Positions 10,104 to 19,904 of a stretch of DNA of 64,000 bases are shown here, piece by piece (the first letter of the stretch is position 1; each line of letters starts with the position of its first letter). The stretch lies in the NCBI GenBank assembly GCA_963712115.1, contig CAVQGX010000012.1, forward strand, positions 1 through 64,000, given 5' to 3'. The notes beneath the pieces are model-generated. The model searched no databases, had not been told where the DNA came from, and worked only from the letters and a program-made list of their open reading frames with translations. The position numbers and the translations under genes are program-made. Source of the DNA: an uncultured delta proteobacterium (GTDB lineage: Bacteria; Desulfobacterota; Syntrophobacteria; BM002).

Positions 10104-10378
10104 AGCTCCTGAGCACGTTAAGGGACGATTATCTGCTCTCCTTCACCTTCGGCCAACATATAAACTCATTTTATTACAGAAATGGAGAACCCATCGCTGG
10201 ATACATTGAGGTTCATCCTTGGTTAAAGCGACCATTAGGGATTGCACTTTATCCGGCAGTTGATGTGGTATGTCTGATTGTCTTGACGGGTATCATTACC
10301 AAGGTGTTCTTTTTTGTGCTTGCCATGACAAGCTGTCTAATTGCAGCTCTAAAAACTACAGCGAAAAGGGAACACTAA
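10076..10378 (+). pseudogene. out-of-frame C-terminal CFI-box/membrane-anchor part of the upstream surface protein
   Basis: SRLAEEVELLSTLRDDYLL...GQHINSFYY...PIAGYI...WLK...ALYP plus TM helix and basic tail is the usual continuation after GCFIxTAA. Confidence 0.8.
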
Positions 10379-10394
10379 AGAGCCAGGGTGAAGA

Positions 10395-11738
10395 ATGGTT
10401 GCGAGACATAAAATCTTCATCTTATCCGGTCTGCTTTTTCTATTCGTTTTTTCAACCAATCAGCTCAAAGCACAAACGCTCTTCCAGCAGGTAGGGATTG
10501 CCTCATCGCCCAATCCTGGAGGTTCGGGAGCAAGAGCGGTGGGCATGGGAGGTGCCTTTATTGGGGTGGCAGACGACGCCACCGCAGCCTCTTGGAATCC
10601 AGCCGGGCTCATCCAACTAGAAAGACCAGAGATGTCTGTAGTGGGTGAGTATTTCTACCGAAAAGAGGAGTTTTCCTCTGACGACCGTCCAGAGATAAAA
10701 AACACTGGCACGGTTGATGGCTCTGACCTCAACTACCTAAGTGCCACGTATCCCTTCCATTTCTACAAAAATATCGTGGTGTCCATGAACTACCAAAAAC
10801 TTTACGACTTCAAGCGTGATTTTAGTCACCGCCTTGATTTTTCCTCAGTTGGCTTGGATCTTGTACAAAAAAGGAGCTTTGATCAGGATGGTTACCTAGG
10901 CGCTTTTGGAATAGCATGCGCAGTTGAGATCACACCTAAACTCTCTTTTGGTGTAACTTTTAATATTTGGCCGGGTGATTTGATATGGGACAATGGCTGG
11001 GACGAAAAATTCACGGAACGCGGCGTTGGGACTCTGGCAGGAAATCCTGTAACAATTGACACCAAAGTTACCGATAAATACTCTGATTTCACTGGATTCA
11101 ATGCAAACATCGGCCTGCTGTGGGATATAAGCAAACACTTTACCTTCGGAGCCGTTGTAAAGACACCTTTTACCGCAAAGGCTGACCACACATTCAACTT
11201 CATACAAGTTCAGACCTTTGGCCCACCTCTTAACACGACGATCACAAGCCAGCAGAAAGTTACGGAAAACGTAGATATCGACATACCGCTCTCTTACGGT
11301 TTCGGACTTGCCTACAGAGCTTCAGATACACTTACCTTCGATTTAGATGTTTATAGAACCGACTGGAGCGACTTCACTATAACTGACAGTCAGGGTAACA
11401 AATTCAGTCCTATCGACGGACGCCCGGCCAGTAAGTCCCACGTGGAGGCTACAACCCAGGTCCGGCTTGGCGGAGAATATCTTTTTATTTTGGAAGCAAA
11501 AGAGATTGTCGTGCCCGTTAGGGCTGGAGTCTTTTACGATCCAGAGCCAGCAGAGGACGGTGTGAAAGACTTCTTCGGTTTTTCCGTAGGATCAGGCATA
11601 GTGTACAAGTGGTTCATTTTTGATGTGGCATACCAGTTCAGATGGGGAAACGATGTAGATACAGGGAACTTGATTGCCACCTCCGAGGCTGATGTTTATC
11701 AGCACAAAATCCTTGCTTCAGTAATCACCCATTTTTAG
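10395..11738 (+). CDS. FadL/OmpP1/PorV-like outer-membrane beta-barrel
   Basis: Signal peptide; GARAVGMGGAFIGVADDATAASWNPAGL; amphipathic strands; C-terminal Phe. Confidence 0.85.
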   Translation: MVARHKIFILSGLLFLFVFSTNQLKAQTLFQQVGIASSPNPGGSGARAVGMGGAFIGVADDATAASWNPAGLIQLERPEMSVVGEYFYRKEEFSSDDRPEIKNTGTVDGSDLNYLSATYPFHFYKNIVVSMNYQKLYDFKRDFSHRLDFSSVGLDLVQKRSFDQDGYLGAFGIACAVEITPKLSFGVTFNIWPGDLIWDNGWDEKFTERGVGTLAGNPVTIDTKVTDKYSDFTGFNANIGLLWDISKHFTFGAVVKTPFTAKADHTFNFIQVQTFGPPLNTTITSQQKVTENVDIDIPLSYGFGLAYRASDTLTFDLDVYRTDWSDFTITDSQGNKFSPIDGRPASKSHVEATTQVRLGGEYLFILEAKEIVVPVRAGVFYDPEPAEDGVKDFFGFSVGSGIVYKWFIFDVAYQFRWGNDVDTGNLIATSEADVYQHKILASVITHF

Positions 11739-11756
11739 GTTTGCGATAATGCCCTC

Positions 11757-13781
11757 ATGAAAAAAGCGACGCATGCAATCACGTACTTAATCACCATTGG
11801 ACTGGTGCTAGCGGTTTGGAGTTGTGTCCAGAAACCTTCAGGACCCGTTTATGCAAAAAATGGTAAGGAATATGGCAAGACCCAGGCGGCTTTCTTCAGG
11901 CACCGGTGGTGGAACTACTACGAGCGGGGGATTTCTTATGCAGAAGGGGAGTTTTATCAGGAGGCTCTTTCAGACTTCAAAGAAGCTTTAGGGCAGCGAG
12001 AGGAAGATCAGCGCATGGCCCGCACCTACGGGATGCACTTTATTGATTACTTTCCCCACAGAGAGTTAGGCATCATCCATTATCACATGGGAAATTTCCA
12101 GGAAGCCGGAAAAGAATTGGAGATTTCTCTAAGTCAATACCCTTCCGCCAAGGCTCGCTATTATTTGGACCGCGTTCGTAAAGCCTTGATCGAAGAAGTT
12201 GTCCAAGAAGTGTCTCCCCCAAGGCTTACTCTGAGTTTTAGAGCTGAAGAGATCTGGACACGAGAACACCCTGTGCGAGTCTCTGGCGTTGCGGAAGACG
12301 AAAATTATGTGGCTGCAATTACTATCCGTGGGACACCCCTCTTTCTTGAGGGATCAGAGAAACGCATCCCTTTCGATAAGCCTCTGGCTCTTTCCCAAGG
12401 CCGGCATGTTATTGATGTGGAGGCAAAGAACCTTCTCGGCAAAACGGCTCAGCGGAGCGTGATCATCAATGTTGATCGAGAAGGCCCCATCACTACTTTG
12501 GACGAACTGCAAGTTGATGACGCTGCCACACCTAGGGAGGTTAGAGTTTCCGGCTCGATTTACGATGAAGCCGGTGTATCTGAATTGATTATCAACGGCC
12601 AAAACATCTCTATTAAGAAAGGCGCGGAAGTTCTCTTTACCGCTAAACTCTCTCTAGACACAGCCAGTCTAGAAATTGTAACGGTCGACACTCTAGGTAA
12701 CCAAACCTCTGCGCAAATTCCACTATCTGCCGGTTTGCTCAGCGAGACGCCCGTGCTGGTGGCATGGGTGGATACCAACGTTGGGCCTTCTTTCGAATCA
12801 GCCGGTCTTTTTGGCGCCAAGGACACCAACCCTCCCAGAATTCGGCTCAAGGGTTGGTCTGACAGCCAGACCGTTTTCCTGGAAAAGGTATATATCGAAG
12901 GCCAGGTAAGCGACGAGAGCAAAATTGAGAGTCTCACCATCAATGGCATTCCCATCCTGCGTCGCCAGAGTCTTTACATTTTCTTTAGTCACCTGGCTGA
13001 GCTTAGCGAAGGAGAAAACACTCTAACTGTAGAAGCCATCGATGAGGAGGGCAATAGTTCGAGGAAAACCATCGCCATCGTGCGTAGGATCCCTAAAGCC
13101 CTTCAGTTAGGTGAAAGGTTGAGCCTTACAGCATTTCCGTTTGAGCAGAAGGGAGAGGTTACAGAAGCAAGTCTTGCTTTTCAAGACAACCTTATTGATG
13201 CCCTGGTAAATCAGAACCGCTTTCAGGTAATCGAAAGGGACAAATTGAATTTGGTCCTTCGGGAACAAAAACTGAGCCGGACCAAGTTGTTTGACAAAGG
13301 GACGGCTTTGAAGCTGGGAGGTCTAGTGGCCGCCAAGTCAATCATCATGGGCAGTATTATCGAGAGCCGTATCGGCATTGAAGTTGTGGCCCGAATGATC
13401 GATACGGAAACATCAGAGATTTTGGCTGCTCAGGACGTCTACGATGAACTGAAAGATCTTCCTGCTTTAAGGTCTCTGGCCGAAGGAATGGCCATAAAGT
13501 TCCATCGAGACTTCCCATTGGTGGACGGCTTTATTCTCGAGTGCAAGGGCGAGGACATATTCACCGATCTCGGTGAGGATGTGATTAAGTTGCGTCGGAG
13601 GCTCATAGTCTACCGCGAAGAACCGATAAAACACCCGATCAGTGGTAAGGTGCTCGGCGCAGATAACATAATCATGGGACATGCCCGCGTAAATCAAGTT
13701 ATGCTCAACATGTCTAAAGCGAAACTGACGGATGTCAAGACTGAGAAAGTCAAATCGTTTGATAGGGTTATCACCGAATGA
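11757..13781 (+). CDS. lipoprotein with TPR, Ig-like repeats and CsgG/FlgO-like domain
   Basis: Lipobox VWS-C; TPR helices; repeated PPR/GP...V-S-G-x-DE Ig units; FQVIERDKLNLVLREQKL...ALKLGGLVAA CsgG-like motif. Confidence 0.8.
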   Translation: MKKATHAITYLITIGLVLAVWSCVQKPSGPVYAKNGKEYGKTQAAFFRHRWWNYYERGISYAEGEFYQEALSDFKEALGQREEDQRMARTYGMHFIDYFPHRELGIIHYHMGNFQEAGKELEISLSQYPSAKARYYLDRVRKALIEEVVQEVSPPRLTLSFRAEEIWTREHPVRVSGVAEDENYVAAITIRGTPLFLEGSEKRIPFDKPLALSQGRHVIDVEAKNLLGKTAQRSVIINVDREGPITTLDELQVDDAATPREVRVSGSIYDEAGVSELIINGQNISIKKGAEVLFTAKLSLDTASLEIVTVDTLGNQTSAQIPLSAGLLSETPVLVAWVDTNVGPSFESAGLFGAKDTNPPRIRLKGWSDSQTVFLEKVYIEGQVSDESKIESLTINGIPILRRQSLYIFFSHLAELSEGENTLTVEAIDEEGNSSRKTIAIVRRIPKALQLGERLSLTAFPFEQKGEVTEASLAFQDNLIDALVNQNRFQVIERDKLNLVLREQKLSRTKLFDKGTALKLGGLVAAKSIIMGSIIESRIGIEVVARMIDTETSEILAAQDVYDELKDLPALRSLAEGMAIKFHRDFPLVDGFILECKGEDIFTDLGEDVIKLRRRLIVYREEPIKHPISGKVLGADNIIMGHARVNQVMLNMSKAKLTDVKTEKVKSFDRVITE

Positions 13782-14395
13782 AGCGTTCTTTGAAGAGGGA
13801 CCGAAAGCTCCTGTCGAGTTGTTTATCAGGAAATAGAAAAGCAGCAGAAACCCTGGTTCGCCGATTTTCAGATCTGGTCTACTGGTCTGTCCAGCATGCC
13901 CTGATAGTCAAAAACGTTTCTTTCAATAGATACGATCTGGAAGATCTTCACAATACAGTTTTTCTAAGGCTCTTTGAAAAGAAATGCAAGAAACTCAGGC
14001 AATATCGCGGGAAAAACGGCTGCAGTCTAGCCTCGTGGATCAGGATGATTGCGGTCCGAACTGTGCTTGATCATCTCCGAAAAAAGGGCATAGATGCAAT
14101 TGCCTTCCAGAAAGACCGTATACCTCTTGATAAGTTGCCCGAACTTAAGGCTGAAGGGGTCGATTTCGTAAACCTCAAGGAGCAAGTGGAATGTGAACGG
14201 TTACTTCAGCTTGGCATGAGAAGACTACCACCGCGCGATCGACTGTTTTTGAGACTCCATTTTGATCAGGGGCTTTCCATTGCAGAAGTTGCCAATGCCA
14301 TGCAGATTACTGTAGAAAATGCCTATACCATCAAACACCGGGCAATTCAGAGACTGAAATTTCATGTGGCTTCCTCTCAGGGTATTAACCGCTAG
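13778..14395 (+). CDS. ECF sigma-70 factor
   Basis: Region 2 (EDLHNTVFLRL...LASWIRMIA) and region 4 (GLSIAEVANAM...KHRAIQRL); ATGA overlap with upstream gene. Confidence 0.9.
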   Translation: MKRSLKRDRKLLSSCLSGNRKAAETLVRRFSDLVYWSVQHALIVKNVSFNRYDLEDLHNTVFLRLFEKKCKKLRQYRGKNGCSLASWIRMIAVRTVLDHLRKKGIDAIAFQKDRIPLDKLPELKAEGVDFVNLKEQVECERLLQLGMRRLPPRDRLFLRLHFDQGLSIAEVANAMQITVENAYTIKHRAIQRLKFHVASSQGINR

Positions 14396-14622
14396 CGTAA
14401 GATGAATTTAATTCCTCTTATTTGAACTATTACTATCAGTTTTACTCTCGTTACAGCTATTGTCGAAGCAGTGATTTTTCTGTGACTTTTTCTGATCTAT
14501 TCTGAGCGATGATAAGATACTAACTGGATGTCTAATACTCTTAAGTCGTTGTTGTCTTAACTGATTTTGTTACACAACATTTATGGGTTTCTCAATATGG
14601 TTCAGGCTTGTCGAAGTTCGGT

Positions 14623-14649
14623 GCAAGGTTTTCCAGATTTTTTCGTCTA
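14623..14649 (+). promoter_or_regulatory. possible ECF-type promoter ahead of the anti-sigma/CHAT genes
   Basis: GCAAGG-N15-CGTCTA, with a T-rich spacer and ECF-like -10. Confidence 0.35.
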
Positions 14650-14706
14650 TGTGTATAGGAAGGAAAAACTTTTTGAACCAGTCCCTGCAGCAATGGACGT
14701 AATGAG

Positions 14707-15384
14707 ATGGAGCTCACGATGACGACGACATGCCCTGTAGAAGAAAAGCTTGCTGACTATCATGAAGGTCATCTCGCGGAGGAAGACCGGTTGGAGATGG
14801 AAGAACACCTGTCGGACTGTCCAGTGTGTTTGGACGCACTTGTGGTGACGAGCACTCTGGTTCGAGGCGAAGACAAGTTAGAGCTGGAGTCGGTGCCAGT
14901 AAGGGTTACAGAATCAGCTATAGATCTGATAACCAAACGCTATCTCTTTTCACATTATTCTTGGATAGAAAAACTCAAGCAATCAGTCGAAGCCTTGGGT
15001 TCGAAGATATCGGATTCATTGGGGTTGACGCCATGGCGAAGATGGGATTATGGGACGGTCCGAAGTTCCGAGCGGGTCACACTGATAGATAATCTGGTTT
15101 CTTTGAAAGTGCCATTCAAAGACATTGAAACTGAAATTGAGATGGAAAAAACAGGACCCGGCATGGCCACTATTCGTGTCAAGCTGTCCCAAGCTCGCAA
15201 ATCCATGAAAGCTGTGAGAGTTACCCTAAAAACGGACAAACGAGAGATTGCCTCATATCTCTTGGATGATAACTCTGTAATATTTGAAGCCATACCTTTC
15301 GGTCACTACGGTATTTCTTTGGCCGAAAACGGTGTGGGGCTTGGAACATACCATTTTAAGATCAAGGAAACTCATAATGGCTGA
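14707..15384 (+). CDS. zinc-finger (zf-HC2/ZAS) anti-sigma factor, soluble
   Basis: CP...HLSDCPVC (HxxxCxxC); no TM helix; beta-rich C-terminal domain; follows ECF sigma. Confidence 0.85.
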   Translation: MELTMTTTCPVEEKLADYHEGHLAEEDRLEMEEHLSDCPVCLDALVVTSTLVRGEDKLELESVPVRVTESAIDLITKRYLFSHYSWIEKLKQSVEALGSKISDSLGLTPWRRWDYGTVRSSERVTLIDNLVSLKVPFKDIETEIEMEKTGPGMATIRVKLSQARKSMKAVRVTLKTDKREIASYLLDDNSVIFEAIPFGHYGISLAENGVGLGTYHFKIKETHNG

Positions 15385-18300
15385 AGACAAGACAAGAAGA
15401 GCAGAACCCACGTCAAGCAATATCGAAGAAATCTTGCGGCAGCGTGAACGTCTCGATCAGATACTTCGAGAAAAGTACAAAAAAGAGGTGACCATCCTCT
15501 TCACCGATATATGCGGATTTACCGAGTATATAGATAGCAGGGGGGATATTAATGGGCGAGCTTTGCTCATGAAGCACAACAGTATTGTCTTGCCCATAAT
15601 CGAAAATCACGAAGGCAGAGTTATTGAGATCGTTGGAGATGCAGTTATGGCGGCTTTTGCAGCTCCCTTACCTGCGGTCAAGGCATCTATAGCTATTCAG
15701 AAAGCTCTGGCTGAGTATAACCTTAACACGAAAGAGATAGACAGTATTCGAGTCAAGATCGGAATCAACCTTGGTGAGGCTCTGGTGGACGAGGCTGCAG
15801 TCTATCAGGGCTTTAGTGGGGACGTGGCCAATGTGGCCTCACGCGTACAAGCTCAAGCCAGGCCGAATCAGATTCTTATTTCCAAAAATGTCTATCACCA
15901 GGTTAGTGACTGTGAGGATATTCTCTGCAGATTTCACGGAGAAGTGCAGGTAAAGGGGAAAGCGTTATCCCTCAAAATCTACAGGGTAGTCTGGCGGGAC
16001 GAGGATGCTTTTGTGAGCATGGAACCGCAGGTTCAACTCTGTGAGCATCCCGCAGAGAAAAGAGCCAGAAAACCTGTGCGGCTTTTCCAGCTTGATATAA
16101 ACAGGGAGAGGGACCGCCTGAAGATCAGTGCTCGCGAATACACCACGGGTGAAGAGGACACCATTCGTCACTACGAGGACATACGGGTTTCCATGGAATG
16201 GATTAAGACCCGGTGCCATGAGATGGTGGAAACGTTAAACAAAGTCAATCGTAGAGGCCGCATTGATCGTGAGGTCCTAATAAAACTCAAAGAAGTCGGC
16301 CAGGTCCTGTACGATGAATTGTTCCCGCTGAGCGTAAAAGAGAAATTAAGAAAAACCACCATTAAATACCTCAGCCTTACCATTGATGATCAATTGGTCC
16401 ACATTCCATGGGAACTTTTAAATGATGGCCAACAGTTTCTTTGCCAGCGTTTCAATATGGGCCGACTCGTCAAGACTCGTCAAACTATTTCAGTCACAAA
16501 GCCGCGACCATTAGCCCGGCCCCTAAGGATGCTGATTTTGGCTGATCCAGAGGGTAATTTGAAGGGTGCCTACGCCGAAGGTATTCAGATCAGGGACTTT
16601 ATGGATCGGGATGAAGATCTGATCAATGTTTCCTTGCGCTCCGGGAATATTACCCTCGATTCCATTAAAGAAAAAATAAGGAATTTTGATTTTGTTCACT
16701 TTGCCGGTCATGCAGAATACGATTCCCACAATCCGGCAGAAAGTGGATGGCGGCTAACCGAAGGCAGCCTCCGAGCCCGAGACATTAGAAAAATGTCAGG
16801 TACAGGAAACATGCCTGCCCTCATCTTTGCCAATGCTTGCCAGTCAGCGCGAACCGAAGAATGGACGCTAAGAGATCAATTCCAGGATAAGATTTTTGGA
16901 CTTGCAAATGGTTTTCTTCTCGCGGGAGTAAGACACTATGTGGGCACCTTCTGGGAGGTATTGGATGAACCAAGCAGTCGTTTCGCTCTGGAGTTTTACA
17001 GAAATCTCTTGTCTGATAGAGATATCGGTGAAGCCATAAGGTTGGCACGGTTGGAGCTGATCAAAAAATACGGTGAGGAGAACATAGTCTGGGCGAGCTA
17101 CATACTTTATGGAGATCCCACTTTTAATTACATTGATCAAGCCGAGGGGGCAGAAGTACGGGTAGAGTCTGAGCATGCCTATGAAACGCTCGAAAGCCCG
17201 GAAGTCAGGGCTCGTGAAGAGGTCATTGACTTTGCTGACCGGGGGATCCGGAAAAAAAGACGGATTTTGTGGGCCCTGGTTGCCGGAATTATTGCTGCTC
17301 TGGGAATAGCGCTCTGGGGCTACCCGCTCCTTTCAAACAAGCAGATCGCCCGTTATGAAAAGAGGGCTCTAGCCCACTACCAGAACGGGAACTTCGAGGA
17401 GGCTTTGGATGCCTGTGGCAAGCTTGAAGCAAAAAGCCCTGATGCTTGTTTGACCTATCTTATCCAGGGAAACATCCATTTTAGAAAAGGAAACCTGGAC
17501 AAAGCTGAAGCTGCCTATCGCAATGCCCTACAAGCCACTAAGGGGACTAATCTGCAGAAAGCGGAAGCACTGGTGGGTTTGGGCCGCATTGCCTCTCTTA
17601 GAAAACAACCCTTAGAGGGCCTTAGTTATTATCAACAGGCTACCGAATTAGCCCCGCAGAGCAGGACGGGATACTTGTCTCAGGCTCTCATGCTTGAGGA
17701 TAGAGGCAATTACGGCGAAGCTCTGGATCTTCTCAAAAAAGCTCAGGAGCTTACTCCAGATGACCGGGCGCTTGCGGCTCTAATTAATGACGTCCAAAAG
17801 AAGGTGGCTTTTGCCCAAGACAAGGAAAAGCAGGAACGTATAGATCAAATGGTCAAAGAACTTTTGGATTCAATGAAATCACCTTCCTGGGCTTTACCGT
17901 GGGACGGCTGGACATCACTTCCTTTGACTATGTGGGTTATGGATTTTCAGGCGCGGGGGTATTCTTTGCGCGAAGCGGAAGACCGTCTCCTTGTCTCCGG
18001 CATTGTAGATCATTTGCTCGGGTACGACCGGCTTCAGGTGGTCGAGCGTGAACTCCTGGATAGATTGCTCAAGGAATTGGAGTTGGGAAGTTCCAAACTG
18101 ATTGATCGCAACACTGCGCTGGCCGTCGGAAAGCTCGTCGCTGCGAGGCTAATACTCTCAGGCCAATTAGTCTATTCCGAACCGCTAACTCAGATCTCCA
18201 TGCGCTTGATAGAAACAGAAACTGGCCGTATTACCGCAGCAGTGAACGAATCCTTTGGGAGCGCTGTCCCCCCATCAGATCTGGCGGACGCGCTCTCAGA

Positions 18301-18541
18301 GAAGCTCCTGGAAAAACTGAAACAACTCTATCCCCTTCGTGGAAAAATCTCAAAAGTGAACGGTGAAAACATCGAGCTCAATATTGGACTAGTAGTAGGG
18401 GTCAGGGCCGGCCAACAATTCAAGACCATAGAGGGTGATATTACTCTGGTAGTTACCTCCACTAATCAAAACACCAGCTTAACCAAGGTTGCAAAAGGTG
18501 AGGGCCCTGTGGTTGAAGGTCTACGCGTAGAAGGCATCTAG
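15377..18541 (+). CDS. class III nucleotide cyclase - CHAT protease - TM - TPR - CsgG-like fusion
   Basis: LFTDICGFT, EIVGDAVM, GDVANVASR (cyclase); VHFAGHA and FANACQS (CHAT His/Cys); one TM after RKKRR; TPRs; LQVVERELLDRLLKEL CsgG-like. Confidence 0.9.
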   Translation: MAEDKTRRAEPTSSNIEEILRQRERLDQILREKYKKEVTILFTDICGFTEYIDSRGDINGRALLMKHNSIVLPIIENHEGRVIEIVGDAVMAAFAAPLPAVKASIAIQKALAEYNLNTKEIDSIRVKIGINLGEALVDEAAVYQGFSGDVANVASRVQAQARPNQILISKNVYHQVSDCEDILCRFHGEVQVKGKALSLKIYRVVWRDEDAFVSMEPQVQLCEHPAEKRARKPVRLFQLDINRERDRLKISAREYTTGEEDTIRHYEDIRVSMEWIKTRCHEMVETLNKVNRRGRIDREVLIKLKEVGQVLYDELFPLSVKEKLRKTTIKYLSLTIDDQLVHIPWELLNDGQQFLCQRFNMGRLVKTRQTISVTKPRPLARPLRMLILADPEGNLKGAYAEGIQIRDFMDRDEDLINVSLRSGNITLDSIKEKIRNFDFVHFAGHAEYDSHNPAESGWRLTEGSLRARDIRKMSGTGNMPALIFANACQSARTEEWTLRDQFQDKIFGLANGFLLAGVRHYVGTFWEVLDEPSSRFALEFYRNLLSDRDIGEAIRLARLELIKKYGEENIVWASYILYGDPTFNYIDQAEGAEVRVESEHAYETLESPEVRAREEVIDFADRGIRKKRRILWALVAGIIAALGIALWGYPLLSNKQIARYEKRALAHYQNGNFEEALDACGKLEAKSPDACLTYLIQGNIHFRKGNLDKAEAAYRNALQATKGTNLQKAEALVGLGRIASLRKQPLEGLSYYQQATELAPQSRTGYLSQALMLEDRGNYGEALDLLKKAQELTPDDRALAALINDVQKKVAFAQDKEKQERIDQMVKELLDSMKSPSWALPWDGWTSLPLTMWVMDFQARGYSLREAEDRLLVSGIVDHLLGYDRLQVVERELLDRLLKELELGSSKLIDRNTALAVGKLVAARLILSGQLVYSEPLTQISMRLIETETGRITAAVNESFGSAVPPSDLADALSEKLLEKLKQLYPLRGKISKVNGENIELNIGLVVGVRAGQQFKTIEGDITLVVTSTNQNTSLTKVAKGEGPVVEGLRVEGI

Positions 18542-18642
18542 GATTTTCTATAATGGATATGACAGCATTTTTTCGGACTCAATTTAAAATCACTAATACT
18601 TATAGCAAATAACGACTACTCAAGAACCTGGCAAAGAATGAC

Positions 18643-19812
18643 ATGGAATTTATATCAGCAAAAAATGCTTCTAGAACTGAACTGACGGATCTAAATGTAT
18701 CTATTTTAGAACAGGCGCAGTTATTGATGAATTTATCGGAAATGATAACTGAGCGCAACGTGAAAAATCAATGTGAAATAATAGCAAACTGGTTTAAGCA
18801 ATTATATCGGCTGAAAGAAATTGCCTTCTTGATCCAGGACATAAGATTAGATCGCACGCTTTTTTATGGCGAGGCTTCTCTTGAAAATGCGCTTCGACAC
18901 ATGCTGAAAACCTCGTCAGAGCGCTCTCCGGCAAGAAAAGTAGGAAATGGGTCGACGGTTCATGGTTGTAAAGAATGTAATTTGATTACAGTGGATGATA
19001 CGAGACGCTTTGGGTCCCCAGAGCTCAGGATTCTTGCCGCTCCCTTGACCGCTGGGGAACACCACATTGGAGGTATGGCACTGGTTGCAGAAGAAGAAAA
19101 AATCCAGGCTTTACTAAGTGAAAGCCCCACCTCATGCTGGTTTGGTCCCTTTATATCCAACTTGTTGGATAATGCGATCTGCCACGAAAAAAAAGATCGA
19201 AAAATACGCATGCTCAACTTTTACCAAACAGTTAGCTCATCACTAACACACGTGGAAGACTTGCATGAGCTGTTGACCACGATCATGATCATTGTTACCA
19301 CGGAACTCTCATGTGAAGAAGGCTCCGTTCTGCTGTACGATGAGGAGACCAATGAATTCGAATTCTTCATTGCCGTTGGCGAGACGGGTGATGAGCTTAC
19401 AACGCTGCGCTTTCCGGCTGATAAAGGAATAGCAGGGAGGGCCCTAAGAGAAAGGAAGACATTTATAGTTAATGATGTGCAGAGTTCCCCGGACTTTTAC
19501 GGTTCAATCGATGAGCAACACGACTTCAAAACCACGTCACTTCTTGCAGCCCCTCTTGCATCAGGCAACGAGGTTGTTGGGGTCATTGAAGCCGTAAACA
19601 AAATAGGCGATAGGGGTTTTACCAAAGAAGATGAACAGATCCTTTCGGCAATCGCGGATGAGGTTGCTCTTGCAGTTAAGAATGCGAGGCTCTTCGACTA
19701 CGTCGTTGATAGCTACTGCAAGCTAAGACAAGGCCAAAATAGCTGTAAGGGCTGCCAAAGACCCCTCAAATCGTGGACGCCATGTGCATTACAAATCGGA
19801 AAGCTTCACTAG
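18643..19812 (+). CDS. GAF-domain protein with Cys-rich C-terminal tail, no output domain
   Basis: GIAGRAL...VNDV...AVNKIGDRGFTKEDE (NKFDE motif); degenerate N-terminal GAF; ends YCKLRQGQNSCKGCQRPLKSWTPC. Confidence 0.85.
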   Translation: MEFISAKNASRTELTDLNVSILEQAQLLMNLSEMITERNVKNQCEIIANWFKQLYRLKEIAFLIQDIRLDRTLFYGEASLENALRHMLKTSSERSPARKVGNGSTVHGCKECNLITVDDTRRFGSPELRILAAPLTAGEHHIGGMALVAEEEKIQALLSESPTSCWFGPFISNLLDNAICHEKKDRKIRMLNFYQTVSSSLTHVEDLHELLTTIMIIVTTELSCEEGSVLLYDEETNEFEFFIAVGETGDELTTLRFPADKGIAGRALRERKTFIVNDVQSSPDFYGSIDEQHDFKTTSLLAAPLASGNEVVGVIEAVNKIGDRGFTKEDEQILSAIADEVALAVKNARLFDYVVDSYCKLRQGQNSCKGCQRPLKSWTPCALQIGKLH

Positions 19813-19904
19813 AAATGTCTCCGTAACAAAGACTCACTTGATCCTGTTCGACGAACAACGCAGACGACGATGTTGGTCGTGAATAGGGCAAGGAGGTAAT
19901 TCAC

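Noticed and set aside
15377-18541. Type III-E Craspase or Pycsar/CBASS defence call
   Set aside because: No Cas7-11, CRISPR array, CD-NTase or cNMP-gated effector in the window; used only as analogy
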